A stretch of 60,084 nt of DNA from Bacteroidales bacterium. GTDB taxonomy: Bacteria > Bacteroidota > Bacteroidia > Bacteroidales > Prolixibacteraceae. The notes beneath the pieces are model-generated. The model was not told where the DNA came from. It saw only the letters and a list, made by a program, of their open reading frames with translations, and did no database searches. Position 1 is the first letter of the stretch, and the number at the start of each line of letters is the position of its first letter. The stretch covers positions 1 to 60,084 of the forward strand of contig JAITWJ010000108.1 in NCBI GenBank assembly GCA_031285325.1, in the 5' to 3' direction. A program made the translations under genes and the position numbers. Shown piece after piece: positions 18,007 to 26,814 of this stretch.

Positions 18007-18249
18007 ATGTCACGAATTTGTCAAATAACAGGTAAAACCGCACAGGTTGGGAACAATGTTTCTCACTCGAAAAGAAGGACGAAAAGGAAGTTTGATGTAA
18101 ACCTGTTCAAAAAGAAGTATTATTTACCCGATGAAGATCGTTGGGTACAGTTAACAGTTTCTGCAGCAGGCATTCGCACTATTAATAAAAAAGGAGTGAA
18201 AGTTGCACTGAACGAAGCAAAGGAAAATGGTTTTATTGAAAAATTTTAA
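18007..18249 (+). CDS. rpmB: 50S ribosomal protein L28
   Basis: [10 protein letters not shown]...[15 protein letters not shown]. Confidence 0.96.
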   Translation: MSRICQITGKTAQVGNNVSHSKRRTKRKFDVNLFKKKYYLPDEDRWVQLTVSAAGIRTINKKGVKVALNEAKENGFIEKF

Positions 18250-18261
18250 AAGTCTTTAGCA

Positions 18262-18450
18262 ATGGCAAAAAAAGGGAAAGGTAACAGGATTCAGGTAATA
18301 ATGGAATGTACCGAACACAAGGAAAGCGGAATGCCAGGAACATCGAGGTATATTACAACCAAAAACAGGAAGAATACTCCTGATCGCTTGGAGTTGAAAA
18401 AATACAACCATATCCTGAAAAAAGTAACAATACATAAAGAAATTAAATAA
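18262..18450 (+). CDS. rpmG: 50S ribosomal protein L33
   Basis: [10 protein letters not shown]...[20 protein letters not shown]...HKEIK. Confidence 0.96.
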   Translation: MAKKGKGNRIQVIMECTEHKESGMPGTSRYITTKNRKNTPDRLELKKYNHILKKVTIHKEIK

Positions 18451-18459
18451 GTTTGAGTT

Positions 18460-18612
18460 ATGGCAAAGAAAACGGTTGCTACATTACAAAAAGGTGCCGG
18501 CAAAGGCTATTCAAAAGTAATTAGAATGGTGAAATCAGAAAAAACCGGTGCGTACACATTTAAAGAGGAAATAATTCCGAATGACGATATAAAAGATTAT
18601 TTCAAGAAATAA
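18460..18612 (+). CDS. DUF4295 family small protein (50 aa; below the ORF-track cutoff)
   Basis: Manual translation MAKKTVATLQKGAGKGYSKVIRMVKSEKTGAYTFKEEIIPNDDIKDYFKK; occupies the conserved Bacteroidota position between rpmG and ftsY. Confidence 0.88.
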   Translation: MAKKTVATLQKGAGKGYSKVIRMVKSEKTGAYTFKEEIIPNDDIKDYFKK

Positions 18613-18630
18613 CTTGTTTTGGGAATATTG

Positions 18631-18673
18631 ATACAAAAAGAGCTTTCATCGACAGTGGAAGCTCTTTTTGTAT
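18631..18673 (+). terminator. Intrinsic terminator after the rpmB-rpmG-DUF4295 unit
   Basis: ATACAAAAAGAGCTTTCA-tcgacag-TGGAAGCTCTTTTTGTAT. Confidence 0.8.
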
Positions 18674-18734
18674 TGGCTTTATCAGTCTGGTTTTTATTTA
18701 TTATCTAGTTTTATATCTGGTCAATCAAAAGGGA

Positions 18735-19685
18735 ATGAGCATATTCAGAAGTTTCAGCAAAATTAAAAAAGAGTCGCTCGATCAGGGACTCTTGAAAACA
18801 AAGGAAAGTGTTTTTAAAAAATTAAGCAGGGCTGTTATCGGAAAATCAAAAATTGACGACGAAGTCCTCGACAATCTTGAAGAAGTTTTAATCACCTCAG
18901 ATGTTGGCGTGGATACTACTCTCAAAATTATAGAGCGTATAGAACAAAGGGTATCGCGCGAAAAATATGTTGGCATAGGTGAATTAAACGTAATTCTGAA
19001 AGAGGAAATTGCTTTATTACTCGAAGAAAACAATTCTAACGATACAGATGATTTTGACCTTCCTGAAACAGGTATCCCTTATGTAATTATGGTAGTAGGT
19101 GTAAATGGTGTTGGGAAAACCACTACCATAGGGAAACTGGCATATAATTTTAAACAGGCAGGTAAATCGGTAATTTTAGGTGCAGCCGATACATTTAGGG
19201 CAGCTGCTATTGAACAACTCGAAATTTGGGCAGACCGTGTTGATGTACCAATTGTTAAACAAAAAATGGGAGCTGATCCTGCTTCGGTTGCTTTCGATAC
19301 ACTGGCTTCGGCCAGAGCATCTAAAACAGATGTTGTTATTATTGATACCGCAGGGCGGCTACACAATAAAATAAATCTGATGAACGAACTGTCAAAAATA
19401 AAAAATGTAATGCAGAAGATTATTCCTGATGCTCCGCATGAAGTTTTGCTCGTTTTAGACGGTTCAACCGGACAAAATGCTTTTGAACAGGCAAAACAAT
19501 TTTCATCAGCAACCGAAGTTACGGCACTGGCGCTCACTAAACTCGATGGTACAGCCAAAGGAGGTGTTGTAATTGGTATTTCCGATCAATTCAAAATTCC
19601 GGTAAAATACATTGGTATTGGCGAAAAAATGGAACATCTTCAGGTTTTCCGCCGCCGTGAATTTGTGGAATCGCTGTTTTCATAG
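18735..19685 (+). CDS. ftsY: Signal recognition particle receptor FtsY
   Basis: GVNGVGKTTTIGKLA, AADTFRAAA, DTAGRLH, TKLDGTAKGG and GIGE. Confidence 0.96.
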   Translation: MSIFRSFSKIKKESLDQGLLKTKESVFKKLSRAVIGKSKIDDEVLDNLEEVLITSDVGVDTTLKIIERIEQRVSREKYVGIGELNVILKEEIALLLEENNSNDTDDFDLPETGIPYVIMVVGVNGVGKTTTIGKLAYNFKQAGKSVILGAADTFRAAAIEQLEIWADRVDVPIVKQKMGADPASVAFDTLASARASKTDVVIIDTAGRLHNKINLMNELSKIKNVMQKIIPDAPHEVLLVLDGSTGQNAFEQAKQFSSATEVTALALTKLDGTAKGGVVIGISDQFKIPVKYIGIGEKMEHLQVFRRREFVESLFS

Positions 19686-19797
19686 CCCATTGTTCTTAAA
19701 TTCAGCATTTATTCTAACAAAAATATTTCTACATAGAACTCATATACACAAGTTATACTTCACTGACAAACTAATTATAAATTTTATTATTGTTAGA

Positions 19798-20823
19798 TTA
19801 TATAACTTTAATTTGTGCCGAAATGATTTCAACAAGTGTTTCCATCCATTTCTCTTCGGCATTTAAACTTTCTACCAATTTGAATCTCTCTCCACCGTTT
19901 TTATGAAATTCTTCACCGTATTTTATGCCAATTTCAAAGATTGTTTCCAAGCAGTCGGTTACAAATGAAGGTGCTATTACAAGAATATTTTTATTTCCTT
20001 CACTTAACTTTTTCTGAATAATTTCGTCTGTGAATGGGATTAGCCAATTTACGGATAAACGCGATTGAAATCCAACCGAATATTTTTCTGTTTCCAGATT
20101 TAATTTGTCAGCTATTAACCGTGTCGTTTCGTAACAGGTTGCCCGATAACAGAGTTTGCCATTTTCAGGTAATGATTTGTCGCACGTACAGTTTTCAATT
20201 TTTATTCCGGGATGGCATTTTTCAACCTGCCGATTGGGAAGACCGTGGTATGAAAAGATCACGTGATTGAATTTTTCTAAATCGTTTTTTTTTACCTGAG
20301 CAACAAAAGCATCTATAAATTTCGGATGGTTGTAGAATTGTTCTATCTTGAATATTTTAGCTTGAATTCTCAGTTTTTTTATTTCTGTTTCAGCAGCAAC
20401 CAGTGATGTTTCGGTAGTCGAAACGGCATACTGCGGAAATAAAGGAAGAATGATAATTTTTTTGAATCCTTTATTTTTTATTTCCCCAAGCGCACTTTTA
20501 TAACTTGGATTTCCGTAGCGCATGCCTAAAAAAACCTCAAAATAATTACCAAGCCGGGTTTGCAGTTTTGTTTTTAATTTTTCAGAGTAAAAAATAAGTG
20601 GAGAACCATTTTTTGTCCATAAAAGCCGGTACAAACCAGTTGTTTTTCTTACACGGAATGGAATGATAATAGCATTTACAAGAAATTTACGCAGTAACCA
20701 TGGTAGATCAATTACTCGTTTGTCGTTTAAAAACCGAATTAGATATTTACTTACAGAAGGAATAGTGGGTTTATCTGGGCTTCCAACATTCATAAGTAAT
20801 ATGGCTGTTTTTTCCTGGTTCAT
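19798..20823 (-). CDS. hemH: Ferrochelatase
   Basis: LLMNVGSP, GSPL, GMRYGNP, PLFPQY, FSYHGLP, FQSR and SFVTDCLET. Overlaps the hemG stop by 4 nt. Confidence 0.93.
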   Translation of the reverse strand: MNQEKTAILLMNVGSPDKPTIPSVSKYLIRFLNDKRVIDLPWLLRKFLVNAIIIPFRVRKTTGLYRLLWTKNGSPLIFYSEKLKTKLQTRLGNYFEVFLGMRYGNPSYKSALGEIKNKGFKKIIILPLFPQYAVSTTETSLVAAETEIKKLRIQAKIFKIEQFYNHPKFIDAFVAQVKKNDLEKFNHVIFSYHGLPNRQVEKCHPGIKIENCTCDKSLPENGKLCYRATCYETTRLIADKLNLETEKYSVGFQSRLSVNWLIPFTDEIIQKKLSEGNKNILVIAPSFVTDCLETIFEIGIKYGEEFHKNGGERFKLVESLNAEEKWMETLVEIISAQIKVI

Positions 20824-22184
20824 ATTTTTGTTCCGGTAATTTGTGCTGCAATATTTTTTCCTTGCTTTATACGGTCGGCCATACCAATTCCATTACATAT
20901 ATTTCCTGCCAGAATTAAATTTGCATGTATTTTCCCAAGTTCTTCAATTGCTTTTATTTTTTGTTCTGATTCAATTCCATATTGCGGAATGGCATAGTGA
21001 TATCGAGATATTTGCAACAAATCAGGTTCAAATTTTACCAGTTTCATCATTTCCGTTATCTCTACTTTTACAATATCTATGATTTGGTTATCGCTAAGTT
21101 CAAGTATTTCTGTATTCCGAGCACCTCCCATAAATACCGAAAGTAATGCACCATTTTTTGGAGCCCTGTTTTTCAGAAACGATGATAAAAACAGAACACC
21201 AAGAATATTACGGTTTTCTTTTGAAGGAACTAATCCGCCAAACGCATTAAGTTCAATACCTTTCCATTCTTTGAACCCAAGTGTAACCTGAACAAGTTTT
21301 GTATATTCCAAACGGTTAACAAGATCGATTTTTTCAGTTTCGGCAAACGGGAAAAGTTTTGGCAGTTCGTATGCCCCAACCGTTGAAATTACATGCGAAA
21401 ATATTTTATTGTGATTATTTGTTTTAAAACCATTTTCAGTTTTTTCGAAAAATAGTGCATCGCAATTAAATGAAATATTTTCTTTATCAATATTTTTCTC
21501 TATGGCATTAATAAGGTTTTGTAATCCTCCTTTCACTGAGAAAATTTCGCGTGTTGCCTTTTTATCTCGGCCGGTTTTGGCCCGGTAGGCTTTTTTTATT
21601 GAACCACCAATGAAGCTTCCATAATCTTGTTCTAACATGTATAATTTGGGCAGCGCATATTTTGTAACAAGTTTAGCCGGATCGCCCGAATAAATTCCTA
21701 ATATAAAAGGATCAACAGCATAATCGAGGAAACTTTTCCCCATACGGCGCAAAACCAGTTCTTTTAACGTTTCATTGGGGTTTGTACCAGGTTTCAGGAA
21801 CGGTTCACCCAGCAGGCGCAATTTGTCGGGAAAAGTAAATAGCGGGGTTTTTATTCCATCAATTAAACCGGAAGGCAGAAGTTCCCATTTACCTGCTTTC
21901 CAAATCCAGCGGGCTTTAGCTGCAGCATCAGCAATTTCGAGTTTACAGCTACCTTTTAGGTCGTCAATTAATTCCATAACTTCCGGATGTCCTATAATAC
22001 CTGTATTTGGCCCCAATTCGAAAGTAAAACCGTTTTCAAAATTTGTTTTTATAACACCGCCTGCACGACCGGTTTTTTCAAAAATATGAGTGTCTATTCC
22101 CGATTTCAACAGGTAAAAAGCTGCCGTAAGCCCGGTTAATCCGGCGCCAACAATAGCAACCTTAGGATTATGCTGTCTATCCAT
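20820..22184 (-). CDS. hemG: FAD-dependent proto/coproporphyrinogen oxidase (HemY type)
   Basis: IVGAGLTGL, GRAGGVI, FELGPNT, GIYSGDP, FGGLVPS, AIPQY, and AGN...GIGMADRIKQG. Confidence 0.9.
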   Translation of the reverse strand: MDRQHNPKVAIVGAGLTGLTAAFYLLKSGIDTHIFEKTGRAGGVIKTNFENGFTFELGPNTGIIGHPEVMELIDDLKGSCKLEIADAAAKARWIWKAGKWELLPSGLIDGIKTPLFTFPDKLRLLGEPFLKPGTNPNETLKELVLRRMGKSFLDYAVDPFILGIYSGDPAKLVTKYALPKLYMLEQDYGSFIGGSIKKAYRAKTGRDKKATREIFSVKGGLQNLINAIEKNIDKENISFNCDALFFEKTENGFKTNNHNKIFSHVISTVGAYELPKLFPFAETEKIDLVNRLEYTKLVQVTLGFKEWKGIELNAFGGLVPSKENRNILGVLFLSSFLKNRAPKNGALLSVFMGGARNTEILELSDNQIIDIVKVEITEMMKLVKFEPDLLQISRYHYAIPQYGIESEQKIKAIEELGKIHANLILAGNICNGIGMADRIKQGKNIAAQITGTKI

Positions 22185-22223
22185 TTATAATTATTTTGAA
22201 AAATTTCTTAATTTCTTTTTGAG

Positions 22224-24323
22224 TTAGAAACTAACTTTCATATTTACACCCAAACTTGCCGGTTTGCCAATTTGTGCATATGAATTTCCAAGCGCCTGAA
22301 AATAAAACGAATTGTAATTCTCATTCAATATATTTTTACCCCAAAAAGAAAAAGTAATATTATCTTTTTCAAATGTAATACGATGGTTCAACAGTCCGTA
22401 ATAATTCTGGTATGCAATGTTGTCTTCGTTCCAGTAGTGTTTGCCTATTCCATTATATGTTACATTAAAGCGAATATTATCTAACCAGCTGCTGTTTATA
22501 TTAATCAAATAATTAGCACCAAGGTTGAACGAAAATTTCGGAACGTAAGGTATATGTTTTCCACTGTAATCAACATTCGAATCTTTTACATATTTTATAA
22601 ACTTTGCGTTGTTGTAACCTGCCGCTAACCACGTTTCAATATTTTTTGCCGGAATTATTTTGAACTCTAATTCTACTCCTTTACTTTCTGATTTCCCTGC
22701 GTTTGTTAGCATAGAACCTGTTCCACTGGGTACCGTTTGATATATTTGCTGGTTGGCCCAGTCGATGTAGAATATTGCCAGGTTGGTATAAATACGCTGC
22801 TGTAACCATTTTGCCTTTACTCCGGCCTCGTAATTCCATGAATGTTCGGGATTAAAAGACCTATCCCTGTCGCTTTCAAATGTGTCGTTAAACCCTCCTG
22901 AGTTATACCCTTTAGCAATGGTTGCATACGGTGTTAAATATTCTGAAATACTGTATTTGAACGCAATTTTCGGAAGAATTTCGAAGAAATCAAGTTTACT
23001 TGCCGTCTGTTCGGCATTATTCTTTACCTCATTTGTAAAATTATCCTGGATATAATTGAGTGTTGCCTTTTCGTAATCGGCTCTGATACCTGCAGTAATA
23101 GAGAAATCGCCAAAATATAATGTTGACTGGTGAAAAATTGCTGCTCCTGAATTGATATTATCGTAAAATCTTGTGATGTAATATTCATCAAAAGGCAAAT
23201 TATACTGAATAAGCCCGTCGGGAGCATATTCAACTGTAACCGACCTGTCGATAGCTTGTGTGAACCCGAAAAAGCCAAAAAGCCAGCCGTATGTTTTATT
23301 GTTTTTCGACTGTATATTTATTTCCTGGGCAAACATATTCAGTTTTTGATCCTGATTGGCATAAAACAGCGATTTTGGCGTGAAATCCTGATCTACAACC
23401 TGCAAATCGTTAATCGATTGGAAACTTGTAACCGAACGAACATCAAAATTTGTTTCAAAATAATTCAGTATTAAACCCGACGACAACAATTGCCGGTTGT
23501 AGTAACTTTTGTATTCGTAATTAATATCGGCAACCTTGTTGGTTTCTTTATTGAATAATGCGTACGGATAACCGCCCTGTTTGCTGTCTTCGTACTGTAC
23601 GTTCAGTGAGGCTGTAAATTTTTCGGAAGGTGTAAACTGCATTTTAACGCGGCCTGAGTAACTGTTGAGTTTGTCAACCCTGTTGTTGTTGAACTTGTTT
23701 TCGTAGAAACCACTGTTGTTTATCTGGTTCAGATTGGCAAGTATTATAAATTTTTCACCTAAGGGCTGATTGTGTGAAATTCCGGCGCGAACCTGGCTGT
23801 AATTCCCATAATCAGCAGAAATACTTGTTTTTCTTTCCTTTTCCGGTTTTCTTGTCATGATATTTATCAGGCCGCCCATGGCATTGCGCCCGTATAAAGT
23901 TCCCTGGGAGCCGCGCAATACTTCAATCTGTTCAATTTCATAAAAGTCGAAATTGAAAGCCGATTTTTCGAAATACGGTATGTAATCGACATAAAGCCCT
24001 ATCGAAGGTGTATTTATTCTGTTGCCTACTCCACGAATATAAACAGGCGAAGTTAATTTTGAGCCGTAGTCGGGCATAAAAAAGTTTGGTACAAATGCTG
24101 AAATATCAGTAAGGTTTTCTATTTTATTATTTTCGATTAACCGTTCGGGTAACATGGATGCCGCTGCCGGAATATCAAAAATATTCATGTTGTATTTCGG
24201 CGATTTTACTGTAATTTCTTCGAGTATATAATTTTTTAAAGTGTCTGTTTCAACCGTAAGCTGTGCTCTCAAAACCGGCTGAATAAGTAAAAATAATGCG
24301 GAAATAATAGTTATTTTTTTCAT
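22224..24323 (-). CDS. TonB-dependent outer-membrane receptor
   Basis: Signal peptide, TonB-box-like LEEITVKS, plug motifs YIRGVG and IEVLRGSQGTLYGRNAMGGLINI, GYNSGGFN, NYEAGVK, and C-terminal Phe. Confidence 0.93.
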   Translation of the reverse strand: MKKITIISALFLLIQPVLRAQLTVETDTLKNYILEEITVKSPKYNMNIFDIPAAASMLPERLIENNKIENLTDISAFVPNFFMPDYGSKLTSPVYIRGVGNRINTPSIGLYVDYIPYFEKSAFNFDFYEIEQIEVLRGSQGTLYGRNAMGGLINIMTRKPEKERKTSISADYGNYSQVRAGISHNQPLGEKFIILANLNQINNSGFYENKFNNNRVDKLNSYSGRVKMQFTPSEKFTASLNVQYEDSKQGGYPYALFNKETNKVADINYEYKSYYNRQLLSSGLILNYFETNFDVRSVTSFQSINDLQVVDQDFTPKSLFYANQDQKLNMFAQEINIQSKNNKTYGWLFGFFGFTQAIDRSVTVEYAPDGLIQYNLPFDEYYITRFYDNINSGAAIFHQSTLYFGDFSITAGIRADYEKATLNYIQDNFTNEVKNNAEQTASKLDFFEILPKIAFKYSISEYLTPYATIAKGYNSGGFNDTFESDRDRSFNPEHSWNYEAGVKAKWLQQRIYTNLAIFYIDWANQQIYQTVPSGTGSMLTNAGKSESKGVELEFKIIPAKNIETWLAAGYNNAKFIKYVKDSNVDYSGKHIPYVPKFSFNLGANYLININSSWLDNIRFNVTYNGIGKHYWNEDNIAYQNYYGLLNHRITFEKDNITFSFWGKNILNENYNSFYFQALGNSYAQIGKPASLGVNMKVSF

Positions 24324-24350
24324 TTATAGTCTTTGATGATTTAAAATATG

Positions 24351-24381
24351 ATAAAATAAGAAGATGTAATGACACCCTCTT
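24351..24381 (-). terminator. Terminator/attenuator-like hairpin between the leader ORF and the TonB-dependent receptor
   Basis: Minus strand AAGAGGGTGT-catt-ACATCTTCTT (10 bp with two G:U pairs), followed by ATTTTAT. Confidence 0.4.
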
Positions 24382-24412
24382 CTAAAAATAATAATTTATA
24401 AGCCTAACGAAA

Positions 24413-24751
24413 TTAAACAGCCGGCGGAGGCCTGTTGAATAATGAATACGGCAAATAATTATTACAGATTTTTACAGATTTAAAATCCGGATATTTTATT
24501 TTTTGTTTGAAAATGAATACTTCCGAGTTATTTGTTTTATCTACATTCGGTATTCCGGTGCTGTAAACAAATGCGTTATATTGTTTACAGCTTAATGTTT
24601 CACAGGAAAAAAGCCGGAATCCGGCACACTCTTCATCTGTTTTATTTTCCTTGAGAGTTGTTTCCGAGATGTCGGTAATCATAAGAAAAACACAAAACAA
24701 CCCGAATACGATGTATGGAATATGTGTAGAAAAAATACCGGTTATAAACAC
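24413..24751 (-). CDS. Small membrane-anchored leader protein ending in RPPP (putative arrest-peptide uORF, 112 aa)
   Basis: The open frame ends ...YSLFNRPPPAV*. GTG at 24751 (MFITGIFSTHIPYIVFGLFCVFLMI) is preferred because the track's start at 24805 overlaps a TATTTTTG -7 box (24812-24805). Confidence 0.65.
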   Translation of the reverse strand: MFITGIFSTHIPYIVFGLFCVFLMITDISETTLKENKTDEECAGFRLFSCETLSCKQYNAFVYSTGIPNVDKTNNSEVFIFKQKIKYPDFKSVKICNNYLPYSLFNRPPPAV

Positions 24752-24877
24752 TTTTTGGGGTGCTAATTTAGAATAAACTAATTGATTATACACATATTTC
24801 AACACAAAAATACCAACTGTTTTTGAATTTGCCCGACAAGTTTTCTTCGAACCCCTTACATTAACTGTTTCGAGGTG

Positions 24878-25170
24878 GTTTCCCCACTTGAGGAAAGTAC
24901 TTTCACGCCTGAAAATATAGTTTCCCCGCTTGAGGAAAGTACTTTCACGCCCGAAATCATAGTTCCCTCACTTGAGGAAAGTATATTCACTCCCGAAAAT
25001 ATAGTTTCCCCGCCTGAGGAAAGTATGTTTTATCCCTCCGAGCATGTTTCCCCGCTTGGGGGAACTATGTTTTATCACTCTGAGTATGTTTCCTCACTTG
25101 GGGGAATCAGGTTTTGGATCTTGAAATTGGTTTTCCAACCCCGAGAAAGCAGTTTCGCACCCGTTGGCGT
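24878..25170. repeat. Array family C: about seven 42-bp units with TTTCC-N8-GGAAA dyad
   Basis: Units start at 24878, 24920, 24962, 25004, 25046, 25088 and 25130. Early units carry a second dyad TTTCA-cgcc-TGAAA. Divergence increases rightwards. Confidence 0.88.
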
Positions 25171-25433
25171 TACCAGCGAGTAACGGTGCGCAGGAGGTTA
25201 CAATTGACAGTTATTAACCCCTGAATATCCTGAAGGGCAGGGCTGTTAAGTTATTTTATAATGATTTCTATTATAATTAAACTTACTGTAGGCGAACTGC
25301 GCGGAAGCCATCAAAAAGTACAGTACTGCATAACAGCAATAGAAAACGACTGTTAAACCCGCAACGACTCAGCAATAGTTCAACAGTCGTTTATAAATTT
25401 CGTGCTGTAAAGTTACAGCAGTTTTCTTACCCG

Positions 25434-25470
25434 AAATATTTCCCGCCTCTATGGCTGGCAGGAAATATTT
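25434..25470 (-). terminator. Possible terminator hairpin after the SPOR gene
   Basis: AAATATTTTCCCGCC...GGCAGGAAATATTT imperfect stem directly after the stop. A second inverted repeat AAACGACTGTT/AACAGTCGTTT lies at about 25344-25392. Confidence 0.4.
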
Positions 25471-25475
25471 GTTGT

Positions 25476-25937
25476 TTATTCCTTAATTAGCAACCAAACA
25501 TCGGAATATTTCGGGTATGCCTGGCGTACTTGTGCAATTCTCGAACGTGCCTCCTGTTCGCCCCTGTATGAATTTATACAAACCCTGTAATTTCCTGTTT
25601 CGCTATGCAAAATAATGGGTGTAAATCCTTCGTCAAGCAATGTTGTACGAAATCTGTTTGCGTTTTCAAGCTGACTGAAGGAACCAACAATTACAAAAAA
25701 TGAATTAAATTCATTCCCTGCCAAATCTTCCTGCCGTGTGAACGAAATTTGTTCTCTGCGCGTTGAAACAGGCGTTTCGGGAACTGTTGCTGTGTTTGTT
25801 GTAGATCCGCCTGCCGGCACCGAAAACACCTTTGGAGCTGTATTATCGGTAACATATTGCGACTGTGCCGCCCTTCTTGACGAATTACACGAAGTAAATG
25901 CCAAAACTACTAAAATAAAAAATAATGTTTTTTTCAT
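25476..25937 (-). CDS. SPOR-domain lipoprotein
   Basis: MKKTLFFILVVLAFTSC lipobox (ATG at 25937); C-terminal FFVIVGSFSQLENA...YRVCI...DVWLL SPOR pattern. Confidence 0.85.
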   Translation of the reverse strand: MKKTLFFILVVLAFTSCNSSRRAAQSQYVTDNTAPKVFSVPAGGSTTNTATVPETPVSTRREQISFTRQEDLAGNEFNSFFVIVGSFSQLENANRFRTTLLDEGFTPIILHSETGNYRVCINSYRGEQEARSRIAQVRQAYPKYSDVWLLIKE

Positions 25938-26145
25938 ATCAAAATGTGTTATTTGTACTTTCAAATTTTAAAATTGAGGCGATTATACATAAAACATAAT
26001 TACGCGCCTGCACTATGTTAAATAAGTTTTTAACATGACATTGTTCGCAATTTTATAAAATTAGCCGTGTACCGGTTCCATATCTCAACTAAAAACTTAA
26101 CCATTTTGCAAATGTTATTTTACGAAATTACACCAACTGCCCGAA

Positions 26146-26796
26146 TCAGCGCAAGTCAATTATTTCAACATCGGGAAATTTTCCGGCATCGAAAACAAAT
26201 TCCGAATCGGGAAAATTTTTATTTGTTGCCATATTTTTAATTTCAATCCCGTATTGATTTCCATCGGTACCGTACAGTAAAACCGACTGAAGCATAATTG
26301 TGCTTTTATCTATGTTTACACTTATTTTTGAAACATCCATATTATTACTATTGTCAGGGAACAGTTCAAGTATATATACAGTTTTGCCCGCAACAGTTGT
26401 TTCTTGAAGAAATTTAGGGTTGAACCCTTTTTCATAAATATTAAAAAGACCTACCGGATCCATTAATTCACTGGCGTCGCTAATATTTGTTATCGTTACC
26501 TGGTTTCCGTCTTTCATGTAATTCCATGTGGTTTCTCCGTTCGAAAACATTTTCATTCCCACATCGGGTAAATCCATACAATATTTTTGGCCTTTCAAAA
26601 TAATATTGCCTTCATTTTTTTCGTTAATTCCCAATTCCGTACTTTTCATAGTGAAGATAAAATCGGCTTGTATAGATTGGAACGAACCTATTTTTATTCT
26701 TACCTGGTCTAAAATATTTTTGGCCTTTTCATCTTGTTGGGCATGTACTGTGGCAAACATCAATACCAATATAATTGTAAAATATGTTTTTTTCAT
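26146..26796 (-). CDS. lolA: Outer-membrane lipoprotein carrier LolA family protein
   Basis: Signal peptide, SIQADF, FSNGETTWNY, and F.FD.GKFPDVEIIDLR; directly downstream of ftsK. Confidence 0.85.
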   Translation of the reverse strand: MKKTYFTIILVLMFATVHAQQDEKAKNILDQVRIKIGSFQSIQADFIFTMKSTELGINEKNEGNIILKGQKYCMDLPDVGMKMFSNGETTWNYMKDGNQVTITNISDASELMDPVGLFNIYEKGFNPKFLQETTVAGKTVYILELFPDNSNNMDVSKISVNIDKSTIMLQSVLLYGTDGNQYGIEIKNMATNKNFPDSEFVFDAGKFPDVEIIDLR

Positions 26797-26814
26797 TTTT
26801 CAATCCCTCATAGT

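Noticed and set aside
24878-25170. TIGR-type guide RNA array (considered for all arrays)
   Set aside because: Described TIGR units are about 36 nt with box C/D-like motifs and an adjacent Nop-domain gene. I see neither the motifs nor such a gene. Not excluded for an effector encoded elsewhere.
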